In this document: positions 37,916 through 49,598 of the stretch, piece after piece
Numbering within the stretch: position 1 is the first letter of the stretch
Layout: each line of letters begins with the position of its first letter
NCBI GenBank assembly: GCA_043228905.1
Contig: JBHGNT010000015.1
Span: 10,230,001 to 10,294,000 of the forward strand
DNA: 64,000 bases
DNA from: Azolla caroliniana
Lineage: Eukaryota > Plantae > Polypodiophyta
Direction: 5' to 3'
The notes under the pieces: generated by a model
The model's database searches: none
Told to the model about the DNA's origin: nothing
Seen by the model: only the letters and a program-made list of their open reading frames with translations
Made by a program: the position numbers and the translations under genes

Positions 37916-38299
37916 TCTGTTGGCACGTGTGCCGCTTCCATAAGATGTACGGCCTTCGGATTAGATAGACCTCCCGTATCGGCCCGTAGGATAAATATCG
38001 TCGCGGCTCATGTAGTTGTCGTTATGGTGTGACAGTCGTCCACCATCGCCGCACGTGTAGTCGCTATCGAAGTAAGATCTTCGCTCTCTGTTGTATCCTT
38101 CCAATTCAAATTCCGGCGATGTATGGTGGTGATATATAGGCCGCGGGTGTGGCTCATGCGAGGCTGAAATATGTTGGTTTGAATTTCGCTCGATGTGAGG
38201 ATGTTGAACAAATACTCTCAGTCGGTATGTCGCTTCCGCCGTGCACAAGGGAACCGTGTGCCCTAGATGGTTGGTTGGGTTGTAGATAGGATTAAAGAA

Positions 38300-39224
38300 A
38301 GGGCGGTTAGGGTTATAAAGTAGGACTCATGGGCCATAATGGTTTTGATAAGAATTTCTACTTACTTGATTATTTGTCATGTTGCAAATGTATTGCGGGA
38401 GGAGGTTGCGGTGGTTCAATGATCGAGGATTTCTTTTTGTTGTAAAATTAGGGTTAGGGTTAGCAATACGGTTAGATTTTTGAAAGGGATTAGGTTGTAA
38501 GGTTCTTTGTAGAGGATTTTAGTTTGGGGTTGGGGTTAGTGTTAGAGTTAGCGTTAGCGTTAGCTTTAGGGTTAGGTTTTTGAATGGGATAATTTTTAGA
38601 GGATTTCTTTGGCTTTTCACTCCCAATGTAATTTGGAGTTGTAAAGGGACTGTTATTAACACTATACTCTTCATTATCACTCATCTCTATGTTGATTTCT
38701 CTAACATTGTTTGTATCGTTAATGTTGTGCATGCTACTCTCCGCTTTGTCTCTACCGATAGTGGCCTTCTTTCTAATAGCTGCAGTAATAGAATAAGTAA
38801 CTGCTACTTCATCACAAGCTCTAAGGATTTCTATGGAAAACTCTTGCTGCCAATGTGCCATTCAATCTTGGAATGAATCGGAACCTACTAGTGATGTTAC
38901 ATCTTGTATGAATGGGGGTTCTTGCATTGTTTCCATTATTTTTACTATGTCGGTACGAACTTGATTAGGAAAATCATCTATGGCTTTGGTTAATGCGTGG
39001 ACTAATAAGTCTAAATGCCGAATATAGCATGTTGTAAGATCCTTGCGATATTGTGTTGTGAGGGTCGAATTGATCTCTTCATGACCTATTGTTAATTTCG
39101 GTGGGTGAACCCTAAGACTATGAGGGGTGATGTCGTGTGAGTTTATATCAGAGATATGCTTATACGTATTCATAGCTTCTTCTGTGCGCCTATATAGATG
39201 TTTAAATTCAAATACCACTTTACG
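38300..39224 (-). pseudogene. PLE upstream ORF fragments
   Basis: ORFs 38862-39224 and 38490-38861 lie on the RT strand with the same composition and an N/P/K low-complexity tail. Confidence 0.5.
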
Positions 39225-39403
39225 CTTGGGGGTTACAGTCACTCGTCCGCGAACAAGGGCGCATATCATCATATGATCTCTCATCCGGGTGCACTCCAAG
39301 ATGTTGCCGCGCATAAGCGGAGTTGCTCGTCCGCGAGGCAGGGCACATATCATCATATGATCTCTCGTCCGAGTGCACTCCAGGGTGTTGCCGCGCATAA
39401 GCG
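39225..39403 (+). repeat. Satellite spacer fragment (internally duplicated, no tRNA)
   Basis: Two copies of CATATCATCATATGATCTCTC..GTGCACTCC..CATAAGCG. Confidence 0.85.
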
Positions 39404-42084
39404 TAGGGTCGAAACATGCTACCGTGACCAACTTTTGGCCAAACATTTAGTACTAAATCGGGGAAGAAAATAAACATAAAAAATTGAAAATAAAACAATT
39501 AGTGCAGAAAATAGTGGATTATCATCCATTGAATGAGGTTCAGGTTCAAATAACAAATTCAATACGAATGTACAAAGATATAATACATCACAATCGAAGT
39601 GTCCCAAGGCAGTATTTAATACATTAACTATAACTTCATTCTCCAAGATAGAGTTGTACGAAAGCAGACCTGGAGAAGGTTTCGAATGTGTCAGTTGATC
39701 AGTCTCTCTCTCTCTCTCTCTCTGGTATGGGTAGTCAAACGTGTCAGTTGGTCAGTGTCTCACTCTCTCTCTCTCTCTCTCTCTCTCCCATCTCAAAGTT
39801 GTCAGTCAGACAGTGGCAAAAAGTTAGAAATCAAAACACATATCTATTACCTATCTCTCTCTTGCTCTCTCTCACTCCACCTTCGATTCTCTGTTTCCCC
39901 GCGTAATTCTTGTTGTGTTCCCTCTGTGCCTGATTTTTGTTGTTGTTTCCCTACGATCTCTGACCTCTGTATATGCAGAGATTGTTGTTTCCCCTCTATG
40001 CTCGTTGTTCTTGTTGTTGATGTGTTTTCCCTGTGTATGCTTGTTTGTTTCCTCTGTAGCAGCCTCGTCAACAACCTCTTGCATATAGGTGATTTTCTCG
40101 GATTGGTGTGCTCCCAATGTGAAGAAATCAACCTGGTGTGGTACCTCTACCTTGACCTTGGCTCCATCTGCCTTCGACCCATCGTTCCATCTACAACTTG
40201 TACGACCTCTAGGTATTCTCTGTGCTGCATTTTTAGGGTTTGATAATTCATATTCTATGTGTTGCATGCCCAACTAGTATGTTTTTGTTTTCTTTGTGTT
40301 TCCTATCCGTGTGTTTTTATTTTGTGTGTGTTTGACATGGATGAGTTTTTTTCCGATTGCTTAGGGTTAAAGTGTGTTTGACATGGCTTGTACATGCAAC
40401 TTAGATTGAGTTGGCTATGATGATTTGCTGGTTGTTGATGGTATTTTGATGAGTTTTCTTCTTGTACATTTCATATTCTCTCAACAAGAATAGTGAAGAC
40501 TAGGACAATGACGAGAAGGACACCCATAAAGAAGACATTGGTGAAAGAGAAAGAGAAGACACCAGTGAAGGAAAGAAAAAGGACACCTATCAAAGAAAGG
40601 AAGAAGACACCCACAAGAGAAAGGGTGATGAACTCATCAACTCAGAGAAAGAAGATGTGCCACTCCATCATTCGAGACACACCTCTTGGATGGAGTTATT
40701 TCCTTCGAGCATGACCTGAAGTTTATGAAGAGCTGAGAGAGTGGTTGATAAAAACCTGGGGGTCACCACATCCCGATACAAGGCGAGGATTCCACATAAG
40801 TGGATTGAAGAAGGAATATGTGAACTTATTGAAGACGAGATATGAACATGTTTATGATAGTAATCAAATTTGTAACAATGAGGTGGGTACTGTTTTTGCA
40901 CGTGCATTTGCATAAGTTCAGGCTGGCATCGACGTAGATTGGGAAGATTTTAATCGTCACCGATCAGAACATTATAAAGGTTCCTCCAGTACCAACACTG
41001 GCTTGAACTCATCGGGAACCTCTCATGTGGATATTCTGACTACAACACCATTCCATCAAGTTCAATCGGCAAAGCTACAAGCCACAATGATTGAAAAGCA
41101 TGAACAGATGATGGCCGGTTGCATAGCTTCTATGAGCTCAAGAATACAAGCACTACTTGCTGATTTGGAAGCAGTTAAATCAGCTGAGATATAGGTAGAA
41201 AAGAAATTCTCTTCAATAAAGACTACATATGAATGGATTGCATCGACAATCCAAAATTCAGAAAGTGAGGTGTTGAAAGAAGAGTTGAAGAAAGAGCTGA
41301 ACAATATGGGCACTTAATTAGGATCACAGATGAGAGACCTTGATACTTGCTGAATTGCACATTGTGAACTAGATAATAAGTTGACAGCTTTAAAGTTGCA
41401 TTCTGAGAACCTTGCGTGCTTGATATATGTTCTCACCTGTCCGGAGAGTTGTCAACCTAATGCATTGTCTAATACCATGTACTTATGTTACTAGCTGATG
41501 ACGAAATGATCTTTGGTGAGGGAGATACGAGTCCAAAACCTGATCATGAAGATGAATTTATCACACTCCCAGGTACACATTAAAAACCCTTTAAGAAAAC
41601 AATGATTTAGATCATAACAACCCTATTATAGTGGTGCTTTTGGTGCATTCTATAGATACTATTATGAAATCTTCTATTGACAATGAGCTCCAACCTGTTG
41701 AACATTTAGATGTTGAGGACAAGATGACCGAGCCTACCACTTGCAATGGGTTGTCTACGACTGTACAATATGACGATGCAACAATAGGTAAAAATGCGGC
41801 TATTAACCTTATGTTCATTGTTGTTGGTATGTTTGCAACCTTTTGAGTATGTGAGTTGATACTAATATTCTCTGGAATCCGATTATTTAGGTTTACAAGA
41901 GCAGTCCGTTTTCCAACTGTAATCAGATGAATCGGGAACTATATGGAGCACAAGTGCAAAGTCAGATTCTGGGCTTAACCTTTGCACGGAGGCTAACTCT
42001 GGGAGCACATCTTCCACACATGAGGACTGTGAAGAAAAGGAAGCATTCATATTTGAAGAGCAGCTGGCATGTACAAACAACAAT

Positions 42085-42867
42085 TTGTCTAAAGAATCCC
42101 ATGAGGAGTGTGGAAAGAATATTGTTAGCACTGAAGAGGAGCCTTATTGTACTGAGAATGTGCTAGTAGTGTCTAAAGAATCCCATGAGGAGTGTGGAAA
42201 GAATATCGCTAGTACTGAAGAGGAGCCTCATTGTACTGAGAATGTGCTAGTAGTTTCTATAGAAGCCCATGAGGAGTGTGGAAAAAATATAGCTAGTAAT
42301 GAAGAGGAGTCTGATTGTACTGAGAATGTGCCAGTGTCTATACAAGCCCATGAGGAGTGTGGAAATAATATAGCTAGTAATGAAGAGGAGCCTGATTGTA
42401 ATGAGAACGAGCATACTAGCATCACCCATGAGGACCAGACAATAAAGACCACCCAAGAAGGGGAGCACGGTGGTCTTAAGAATGAGGTGACTGTCACTAG
42501 CCAAGAGGAGTTCACCATGAGTACTGCTATAGCCCACATACAGGAGCCTAATTGTACTGAGAATGAGCATACTAGCAACAACATGAGTACTAAAACAGCC
42601 CACATACAGGAGATGAGTGATAATTTGACTATCAACAGTACCTTTGTGGATGTGTGTACAAGCATTGCAGTTGCAAAAAACACAGTTTTTCCCTCAAGCT
42701 TGCCACTGGTACAAGGTGCCCGTACATCCACACCAGTCTCTGATGCCTCTGATGATGAAGTGCCACTTAGTAAGCTTATACCTAAAGGCTTTAAGATAAA
42801 GAAGAATGTAAAATTACAAAAAACCGGCACCAATAACAAGCGCATTACAAGATCCGAGAAATTGTGA
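42085..42867 (+). CDS. Exon of an unknown acidic protein with four 28-aa repeats (SKESHEECGKNI..), probably a transposon accessory gene
   Basis: 260-aa ORF with an 84-bp coding tandem repeat; upstream exon-like pieces at 40.5-41.9 kb are decayed. Confidence 0.4.
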   Translation: MSKESHEECGKNIVSTEEEPYCTENVLVVSKESHEECGKNIASTEEEPHCTENVLVVSIEAHEECGKNIASNEEESDCTENVPVSIQAHEECGNNIASNEEEPDCNENEHTSITHEDQTIKTTQEGEHGGLKNEVTVTSQEEFTMSTAIAHIQEPNCTENEHTSNNMSTKTAHIQEMSDNLTINSTFVDVCTSIAVAKNTVFPSSLPLVQGARTSTPVSDASDDEVPLSKLIPKGFKIKKNVKLQKTGTNNKRITRSEKL

Positions 42868-43416
42868 AATGGTGCCTGATTGTCTTTCGATTGTACTTGA
42901 ACTATAGCTGAACTGTTAGTGATGTTTGAACTTGAACTATTTGGTATACCAAAATACTGTCTAAATTGCTAATGTGAAATGTTGTACTTGTCAGAACCAA
43001 GGATAAAAGATTGAGTGATGGAAGAAGGATATTAGAGAACACGAGAAGAAAGGAACGAAATACTAAGAGAAGAATGGATGTATAAGATAGAGAAAGAAAG
43101 AGAATGGATACAAGATATGTAATGAGAGCTAAAGACTGGTGTTGATTCAAATTGATTTGAGAATACATGTATGCCCTTATTTATAGGTTCCTATAGAATA
43201 GCTTAGAGATTTCTAGAATGTTCTAGAATGTTCTAGACCTAGAATGCTCTAGGACATTCTAGAACATTCTAGAATAATCTAGAGGTTTTACAATAATCAA
43301 TGTAATACAAGAAGTAGCTTTTATTGTTTCATATAACAATAAGCTATCTTAATGGTTGAGGTTCTCAAGTATGGATTACAAGGTTCGAGGTTCAAGTCCG
43401 GGTGACGCCATAATGG

Positions 43417-45948
43417 TCATGTCTTCATGACACTATCCCTCCTTTGAGAACGCCAAGTGGAAGTCGGCGTTAACATTGTTGGGTCGGGCTTGTTTGGATA
43501 GTGACGATGGAAGTCGTTGACCAGAGCTTCAGCATTACAAATGTTATCAATGGGTTCCCAAGTGCGATCACTCGGAGGATAGCCAAGCCAATCAACTAGA
43601 TGATAAAGCTTATTGTGCACAATCTTAGAATCGAGAATAGCAGCTACCTCGTATTCGGGGCCGTCCACAAGTTGTACAGAAGGTGGTGGTGGCACGACAC
43701 GATTAGGAATTAAAGAGGTGCGGCAAGGTTCCAAAAGAGAGCTATGAAAGACAGGGTGAAGCCGCATATGTGCAGGAAGGTTAAGACGAAATGTTGCATC
43801 ATTAATCTGCGCCATGATGACAAAAGGACCTAAGCGTTGATAGTCAAGCTTAGCACACGATCGGGTAGTCTTGATGTGACGACGAAACAACCATACACGG
43901 TCACCAACCTTAAACAGAGACTTAAGACGATGTCGATCGGCATTGGTCTTATGGTGTGCTTGCACTTTCTGAAGATGTGACAATAACTCGAACTGGATTT
44001 GTTGTAGTTGGTGGAGGTGATGCGCCGCACTAGGGTTTCGTGACACCTCGGGAAGATCCAGTATACACCATCGAGGGTGGTTGCCAGTGTAGGCAAAGAA
44101 AGGTGTCACTTTGGTAGAAGAGTGGACCGTGTTGTTGTATGCAAACTCGGCAAGATGTAAAATATTACTCCAATCATCTTGTTGATAACTAATGAAACAT
44201 CGAAGATATTGCTCAAGCGTTTGATTTGTGCGCTCTGTTTGTCCGTCAGTTTGGGGATGATAAGCCGAAGAGAGTTTGCAAGAGATTTTGAGGCCTGCCC
44301 ATAGGTGCTTCCAAAAGTGTGAGATAAATTGAGGACCTCGATCGCTAATAATATCATTCGGGAGACCATGATGGCGAAACACTTCACGCATAATGAGATT
44401 TGCAGTTTCTTCACTATTGATGGTCTTTACACATGGTACAAAATGTGCCATCTTGGTGAACCGATCCACTACTGTTAAAATAGTATCAACGCCTTTGGAA
44501 GGTGGCAGATCCGTAATGAAATCCATAGAAATAGACTGCCATGGCTTGTTGGGAGGGGGTAATGGTTGTAGTAAGCCATAAGGGTGATGCCGAGGTATTT
44601 TGGCGCGACAGCAAGTGTCACAAGTGCGAACATAATCTTCGACAAATTTTTGCAAGTGAGGCCACCAAAACGAACATTTCACCAACTCAATGGTCTTGGA
44701 AATACCAAAATGTCCAGCCATGGGGGCATCATGACAATGTTCCAACACTTGAAGTCGGGGTGATCTGTCGGGGACGTAAAGGAGATTCTTGTAGAAGAGT
44801 AAGCCATCTTGCCACTTGAAGTCCTGATAATGTTGAGATGACCCTGGCAATGTGGAGCAAGATGGACGACTTGAACCACAGTGGGCTAAGACATCCTTAG
44901 CGAAATCATCTGAATGAAGTTGTTGCCGAATAGTTTCAAGAAGGGTAGAATCAAGTGGTGTGGCATAAATTGTTGTTACCTGTAGCTTTGATGGCCCAAG
45001 GAGAATTTGCTTTTGATTGTCAAAGGCCAGATCTCCAGGTCGAAGTGCTAGATACGAACGCCGAGACAAAGCATCTGCTTTCCCTTGTTGTTTTCCGGGG
45101 CGAAAAATGATCTTGAAATCGAAACGTGTTAGAAATTGGGCCCACCGAGCTTGGCATCTATTTAATACTCGAGCTGTTTGAAAATATGTGAGATTTCTGT
45201 GATCACTATAAATGATAATCTGATGAGGTGATCCTTCTAGAAAATGACGCCATTGCTCAAATGAGTCAACCACAACTAGTAACTCCTTGTCATGCACCTC
45301 ATAGTTTATCTCCGAAACAGTAAATTTTCTCGAGTGAAACACCACTGGATGTGTCTGCCCGTCCTCGCCTGGTTGCGATAGGATACTCCCCAATGCAAAG
45401 TCCGATGCATCTGCCTCAATAGTAAATGGCTTTTCAGGATCAATATGTGCTAGGATGGGTGTTGATGTGAATGCCTCTTTCAGCTGCGTAAAAGCCTTGT
45501 CCGCTTCGATACTCCAAAAAAATGCTTGATTTTTCTTGGTGAGTTGAGTAAGGGGCAACACAATGCTTGAATAATTATGTATGAATTTGCAATAGAAGTT
45601 TGCAAATCCGAGGAAACACTCGACATCCCGAACTGAGCACGGGGGTTTCCATTCCAATATTGTTTGGACTTTTGCTAGGTCCATGAAAACACCCTGGGAT
45701 GAAATAGTGTATCCCAAAAATTCAACTTGTTTGCAATCAAAAGTATATTTCTCAAGTTTGGCATAAAGACCATATTTCCTTAGGCGTTCAAGTACTTGCC
45801 GCACATGTATATCATGCTCCCCCTGTGTTTTAGAGTAAATCAATAGATCATCTAGGTAGATGATTAGAAAAATATCCAAGAAATCCCGGAAGATGTCATT
45901 TGCCATATGTTGGAATATTGCAGGTGCATTTGTGAGCCCGAAAGGCAT
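43417..45948 (-). CDS. pol: Chromovirus pol: RT C-terminal half, RNaseH, integrase, chromodomain
   Basis: 843-aa ORF: MPFGLTNAPA, YLDD, DASD, SMDFITDLP, HPQTDGQTER, EYEVAAILDSK..WLGYPPSDRTWEP. Confidence 0.92.
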   Translation of the reverse strand: MPFGLTNAPAIFQHMANDIFRDFLDIFLIIYLDDLLIYSKTQGEHDIHVRQVLERLRKYGLYAKLEKYTFDCKQVEFLGYTISSQGVFMDLAKVQTILEWKPPCSVRDVECFLGFANFYCKFIHNYSSIVLPLTQLTKKNQAFFWSIEADKAFTQLKEAFTSTPILAHIDPEKPFTIEADASDFALGSILSQPGEDGQTHPVVFHSRKFTVSEINYEVHDKELLVVVDSFEQWRHFLEGSPHQIIIYSDHRNLTYFQTARVLNRCQARWAQFLTRFDFKIIFRPGKQQGKADALSRRSYLALRPGDLAFDNQKQILLGPSKLQVTTIYATPLDSTLLETIRQQLHSDDFAKDVLAHCGSSRPSCSTLPGSSQHYQDFKWQDGLLFYKNLLYVPDRSPRLQVLEHCHDAPMAGHFGISKTIELVKCSFWWPHLQKFVEDYVRTCDTCCRAKIPRHHPYGLLQPLPPPNKPWQSISMDFITDLPPSKGVDTILTVVDRFTKMAHFVPCVKTINSEETANLIMREVFRHHGLPNDIISDRGPQFISHFWKHLWAGLKISCKLSSAYHPQTDGQTERTNQTLEQYLRCFISYQQDDWSNILHLAEFAYNNTVHSSTKVTPFFAYTGNHPRWCILDLPEVSRNPSAAHHLHQLQQIQFELLSHLQKVQAHHKTNADRHRLKSLFKVGDRVWLFRRHIKTTRSCAKLDYQRLGPFVIMAQINDATFRLNLPAHMRLHPVFHSSLLEPCRTSLIPNRVVPPPPSVQLVDGPEYEVAAILDSKIVHNKLYHLVDWLGYPPSDRTWEPIDNICNAEALVNDFHRHYPNKPDPTMLTPTSTWRSQRRDSVMKT

Positions 45949-48514
45949 GACTATATACTCGAAATGACCATACCGAGTACGAAATGTTGTTTTCCACTAA
46001 TCTCCCGGCCGAATTCAAACAAGATTATATGCACCCCTTAGATCAATTTTGATAAAATGCTTTACCCCACCAATGCGTTCTAAGAGATTGGATATTAAAG
46101 GTAAAGCATACCTATTCCTTATGGTGACTTTATTTAAGCCTCGATAGTCCACGACCAAACGAAGGCAGTCGTCCTTTTTCTTCACAAAAAAGATAGGAGC
46201 ACCAACTGGAGACTTTGAATGTCGAATAAACCCATGTGCAAGATTTTCCTCGATGTATTCTCGAAGAACCTCAAGCTCAGTGGGTGATAAATTGTAAATC
46301 GGACCCCACGGTGGCTCTTTTCTTGGTTGGAGATCAATAGGACAGTCGTACGACCGATGCTTTGGAAGAACACTTAGCTTTGACTTTGTCGAAAACATCA
46401 GCATAGTCTTGATATTTTTTGGAAATTTGGATGTCTGAATTCCCTTGAGTGACACTAGAAGGTGTCACTGATACTCCAAATAAGAAAAGTTCCTCCTTGC
46501 CTCCCACTTGGCACAATTGTTGCAATGTGATGGCTGAAATTTGATGAGAAGGATATGGTGCATCGGTAGAACTATATACTTTAGGAGGATAATCCCAAGT
46601 TCGATCCTTGACAATGATATTTTCCACTAAAGGGCACCTAATTTCTCGCCTCCTCCAATCAAGTCTAGGGTTATGTAGCTCGAACCATGGCAAACCGAGG
46701 ACAATTGGATGCCCAGGACTACCAATTATGTTAAAGGAAACTACACATCCTAAATCACCCAAGAGTATGTGTATTGGCTCAAACTCTTCAAATATCTTCC
46801 CGGAAGCTATGGGGCGTCCATCAATCACTACTATGGAAACTAGACAAGGAAGTGTATGCAAGGATATTTGGTGTTTTTGGGCAAAATCTCTATCCATGAA
46901 ACAAGAATTGGCTCCAGTATCTAAGAGGGCTTGGACTTGAAGTTGACAACTGGGTGTCCTAACTTGTACTAGGGCTGAGAAGACTCTACTGACATGCTTG
47001 GAAGAAATGGAACCCACACTAGGTTGTACATATCTAGGGTTGTCCAACCAAATGGCTCCTATTTTGGCCAGACTTATTCGTTTGACTCCTCTTCTAATTG
47101 GCTTAGGACTTAAAATTTATTAGACAATGGTGGATTACTCATAATATTAGATTCACTAACTACTTCTAAAATGTTGGACTCATTTTTATTGTCATAGTGA
47201 ATTTGATTTACCTGACGTCTCAACCTACGGGAGCAATGAATGGCTATATGTCTTGGACCTCCGCAATATAAGCATAGGTGGTTTGCTCGACGACGTTGCT
47301 TCTCTTCGTCTGACAACGGTCCTCGTCATTGAGTCATATCGATCTCCATGGGTGCAGGACTATCCATTGGGATTGGACTACGTGTTTGACTTGGAGATGG
47401 AGTAGGGCTATACATTTGCCTTGGGGATGATTGCGCCGTTACTGATGCATAAGTTGGTGTGAATCTTGATCTTGTTATTTGTTGTTGTCTCTCACATCGA
47501 CGCTCAAAAAGGTGATTATCACACCGTATTGCTTGACTAATAGCTTCTATAAGTGACCTTGGATCCTCAGGGAAGGTAAGAAGTAAGTCTTTGACATCAC
47601 TACGAAGGCCTGAACGGAATTGCTACATTAGGGCTTGTTCATCCCAAGGAATATCGCTTGCGATGAGATGGAAATTGGTAGCATATGTTGAAGCTGGTTG
47701 ATCACCTTGATAAAGTGTACGAATCTTGTTGATAGTTGTTCTCGCCCCATCAGTATCTCCGAAACAAGCCTTAAATTCCTTGATAAATTCCTCGAAATTA
47801 TTCAATAGAGGAGAATTGGTCTCTAGCAATGAAGAACCACGACAACGCTATGCCAGTCAATAAGGTGCCCACTAGCCCGACTCGTGATGCATCTGTTGGA
47901 TAACGCGCGGGATGCATTTGAATCACCAACCGTACTTGATTCAAGAAACCTCGGAAATGTGCCCTCGACCCATCAAAGTTAGCTGGGAGGCTAATTTTGG
48001 GCTCCTTGATAAGTCCCTGACCTTCAACCCTTTGTTGTTGTAACACTACGATTGTCGACTCTAACTGTTGCACTCGTCGCGTGAACTCCTCTTTTGTTGT
48101 TTCTTCTCTATAGTAACCTTTTGTAGATCCCCAAGTAGACGTTGATTCTCTACTTCAAGAGATGCGAACTTGGATTTAAGGTTCTCCATTTTTGCAACAA
48201 GGGTGAGATATTCTTCTGAGTTAATGGCAGCCATGGTTTCAGGATGGTTACAAAGGAGGATAAGAGAGAGAGAGAGAGAGAGAATTCGAATCAAACTGTC
48301 AGAACCAAGAATAAAAGATTGAGTGATGGAAGAAGGATATTAGAGAACACGAGAAGAAAGGAACGAAATACTAAGAGAAGAATGGATGTATAAGATAGAG
48401 AAAGAAAGAGAATGGATACAAGATATGTAATGAGAGTTAAAGACTGGTGTTGATTCGAATTGATTTGAGAATACATGTATGCCCTTATTTATAGGTTCCT
48501 ATAGAATAGCTTAG

Positions 48515-48582
48515 AGATTTCTAGAATGTTCTAGACCTAGAATGCTCTAGGACATTCTAGAACATTCTAGAATAATCTAGAG
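48515..48582. promoter_or_regulatory. Heat-shock-element array in chromovirus LTR U3 (second copy 43210-43285)
   Basis: TTCTAGAATGTTCTAGA.. are alternating nGAAn/nTTCn pentamers just upstream of TATAAATA on the element strand. Confidence 0.65.
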
Positions 48583-49598
48583 GTTTTACAATAATCAATG
48601 TAATACAAGAAGTAGCTTTTATTGTTTCATATAACAATAAGCTATCTTAATGGTTGAGGTTCTCAAGTATGGATTACAAGGTTCGAGGTTCGAGTCCGGT
48701 TGACGCCATAATGGTCATGTGTTCATGACAGTACTGACTCCAGTTCACTCATCTAGTGTTGTTAACGTAATGTGAAATTCTATATTGCAGAGAATGAGAA
48801 TGTATTCTCTTGTTAATTGTCATGCAACCATGATTGTGTTGAACTACAACTGAATTGTTACCAACATACTACCTAAATTGCCCCTGTGAAATGTTGTGAA
48901 GATCAGACCAACCATCTAGTGTTGTAGTGCAATGTGAAATTCTATATTGCTAATTGTAGGGAATGAAAATGTATTCTATTATCAATTGTCATGCAACCAT
49001 GATTGTGTTGATTACAAATAAAATTCTATATTGCTAATTGTAGAAAATGAGATTTTATTCTATTGTCAATTTTTCATGCAGCCATGAATGTAGTATGGAA
49101 TAATTTGACATTCACATTAGTAGTAAAATAAGAGATATGTATCCGTCTAACTGAGATAATTCGGGAGACTACTATGTATTAGTGAACACTTACAATTGAC
49201 ATTAGTACTAAACTAATATGTATATTGATACTTGCGAAGTATGGTCTCCTTGAGTGCACATAGTCAGAGTCGAATAGAGACTTAACACAATAGGGATTTG
49301 ACTATTGGTATTGATAGTTGAATAAGTTTGGGCCATATTGATGTTGCTAAGTATGGAAGAGTTCACACCCTAAACCATAGAAACAAGTAAGTCTATAATT
49401 ACCATGAACACTTACAAAACAAGGTCAATAAATACTCTAAACACTTTAGAAGAAAGACAAAATATATCGATTCATTTGTCCATCATCAAAATTAATATAT
49501 CAATACATCAAATAGTGAACTACAAGCGGATGTTTTTCAGTTGCCAACTATAATGTATTAATAGGGTAACTTTCAAGAATTAAACAGAGAGACCTCCC

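Larger units (their letters stand above)
31050..39224 (-). mobile_element. Penelope-like element lacking GIY-YIG endonuclease, 5'-truncated, interrupted by Copia D
   Basis: PLE-type RT; the 3' region rejoins across Copia D (TSD TATAT) to a CT-microsatellite/TATA/hammerhead segment. Satellite lies on both flanks. Confidence 0.7.
42989..48730 (-). mobile_element. Gypsy chromovirus C (Tcn1/Tf1-like), full-length, decayed
   Basis: LTRs 42989-43432 and 48297-48730; perfect TSD GTACT; PPT next to 43433. gag (CLYCGGPRHIAIHC), PR (LLDTGA), RT (YLDD), RH, INT, chromodomain. Confidence 0.96.

Noticed and set aside
38445-38580. True interstitial telomere array
   Set aside because: Only 2-3 exact TTAGGG units, within a low-complexity ORF.
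39686-40277. ORFs over the CT-microsatellite region
   Set aside because: Promoter/UTR/intron-like low-complexity sequence with no recognisable motifs.
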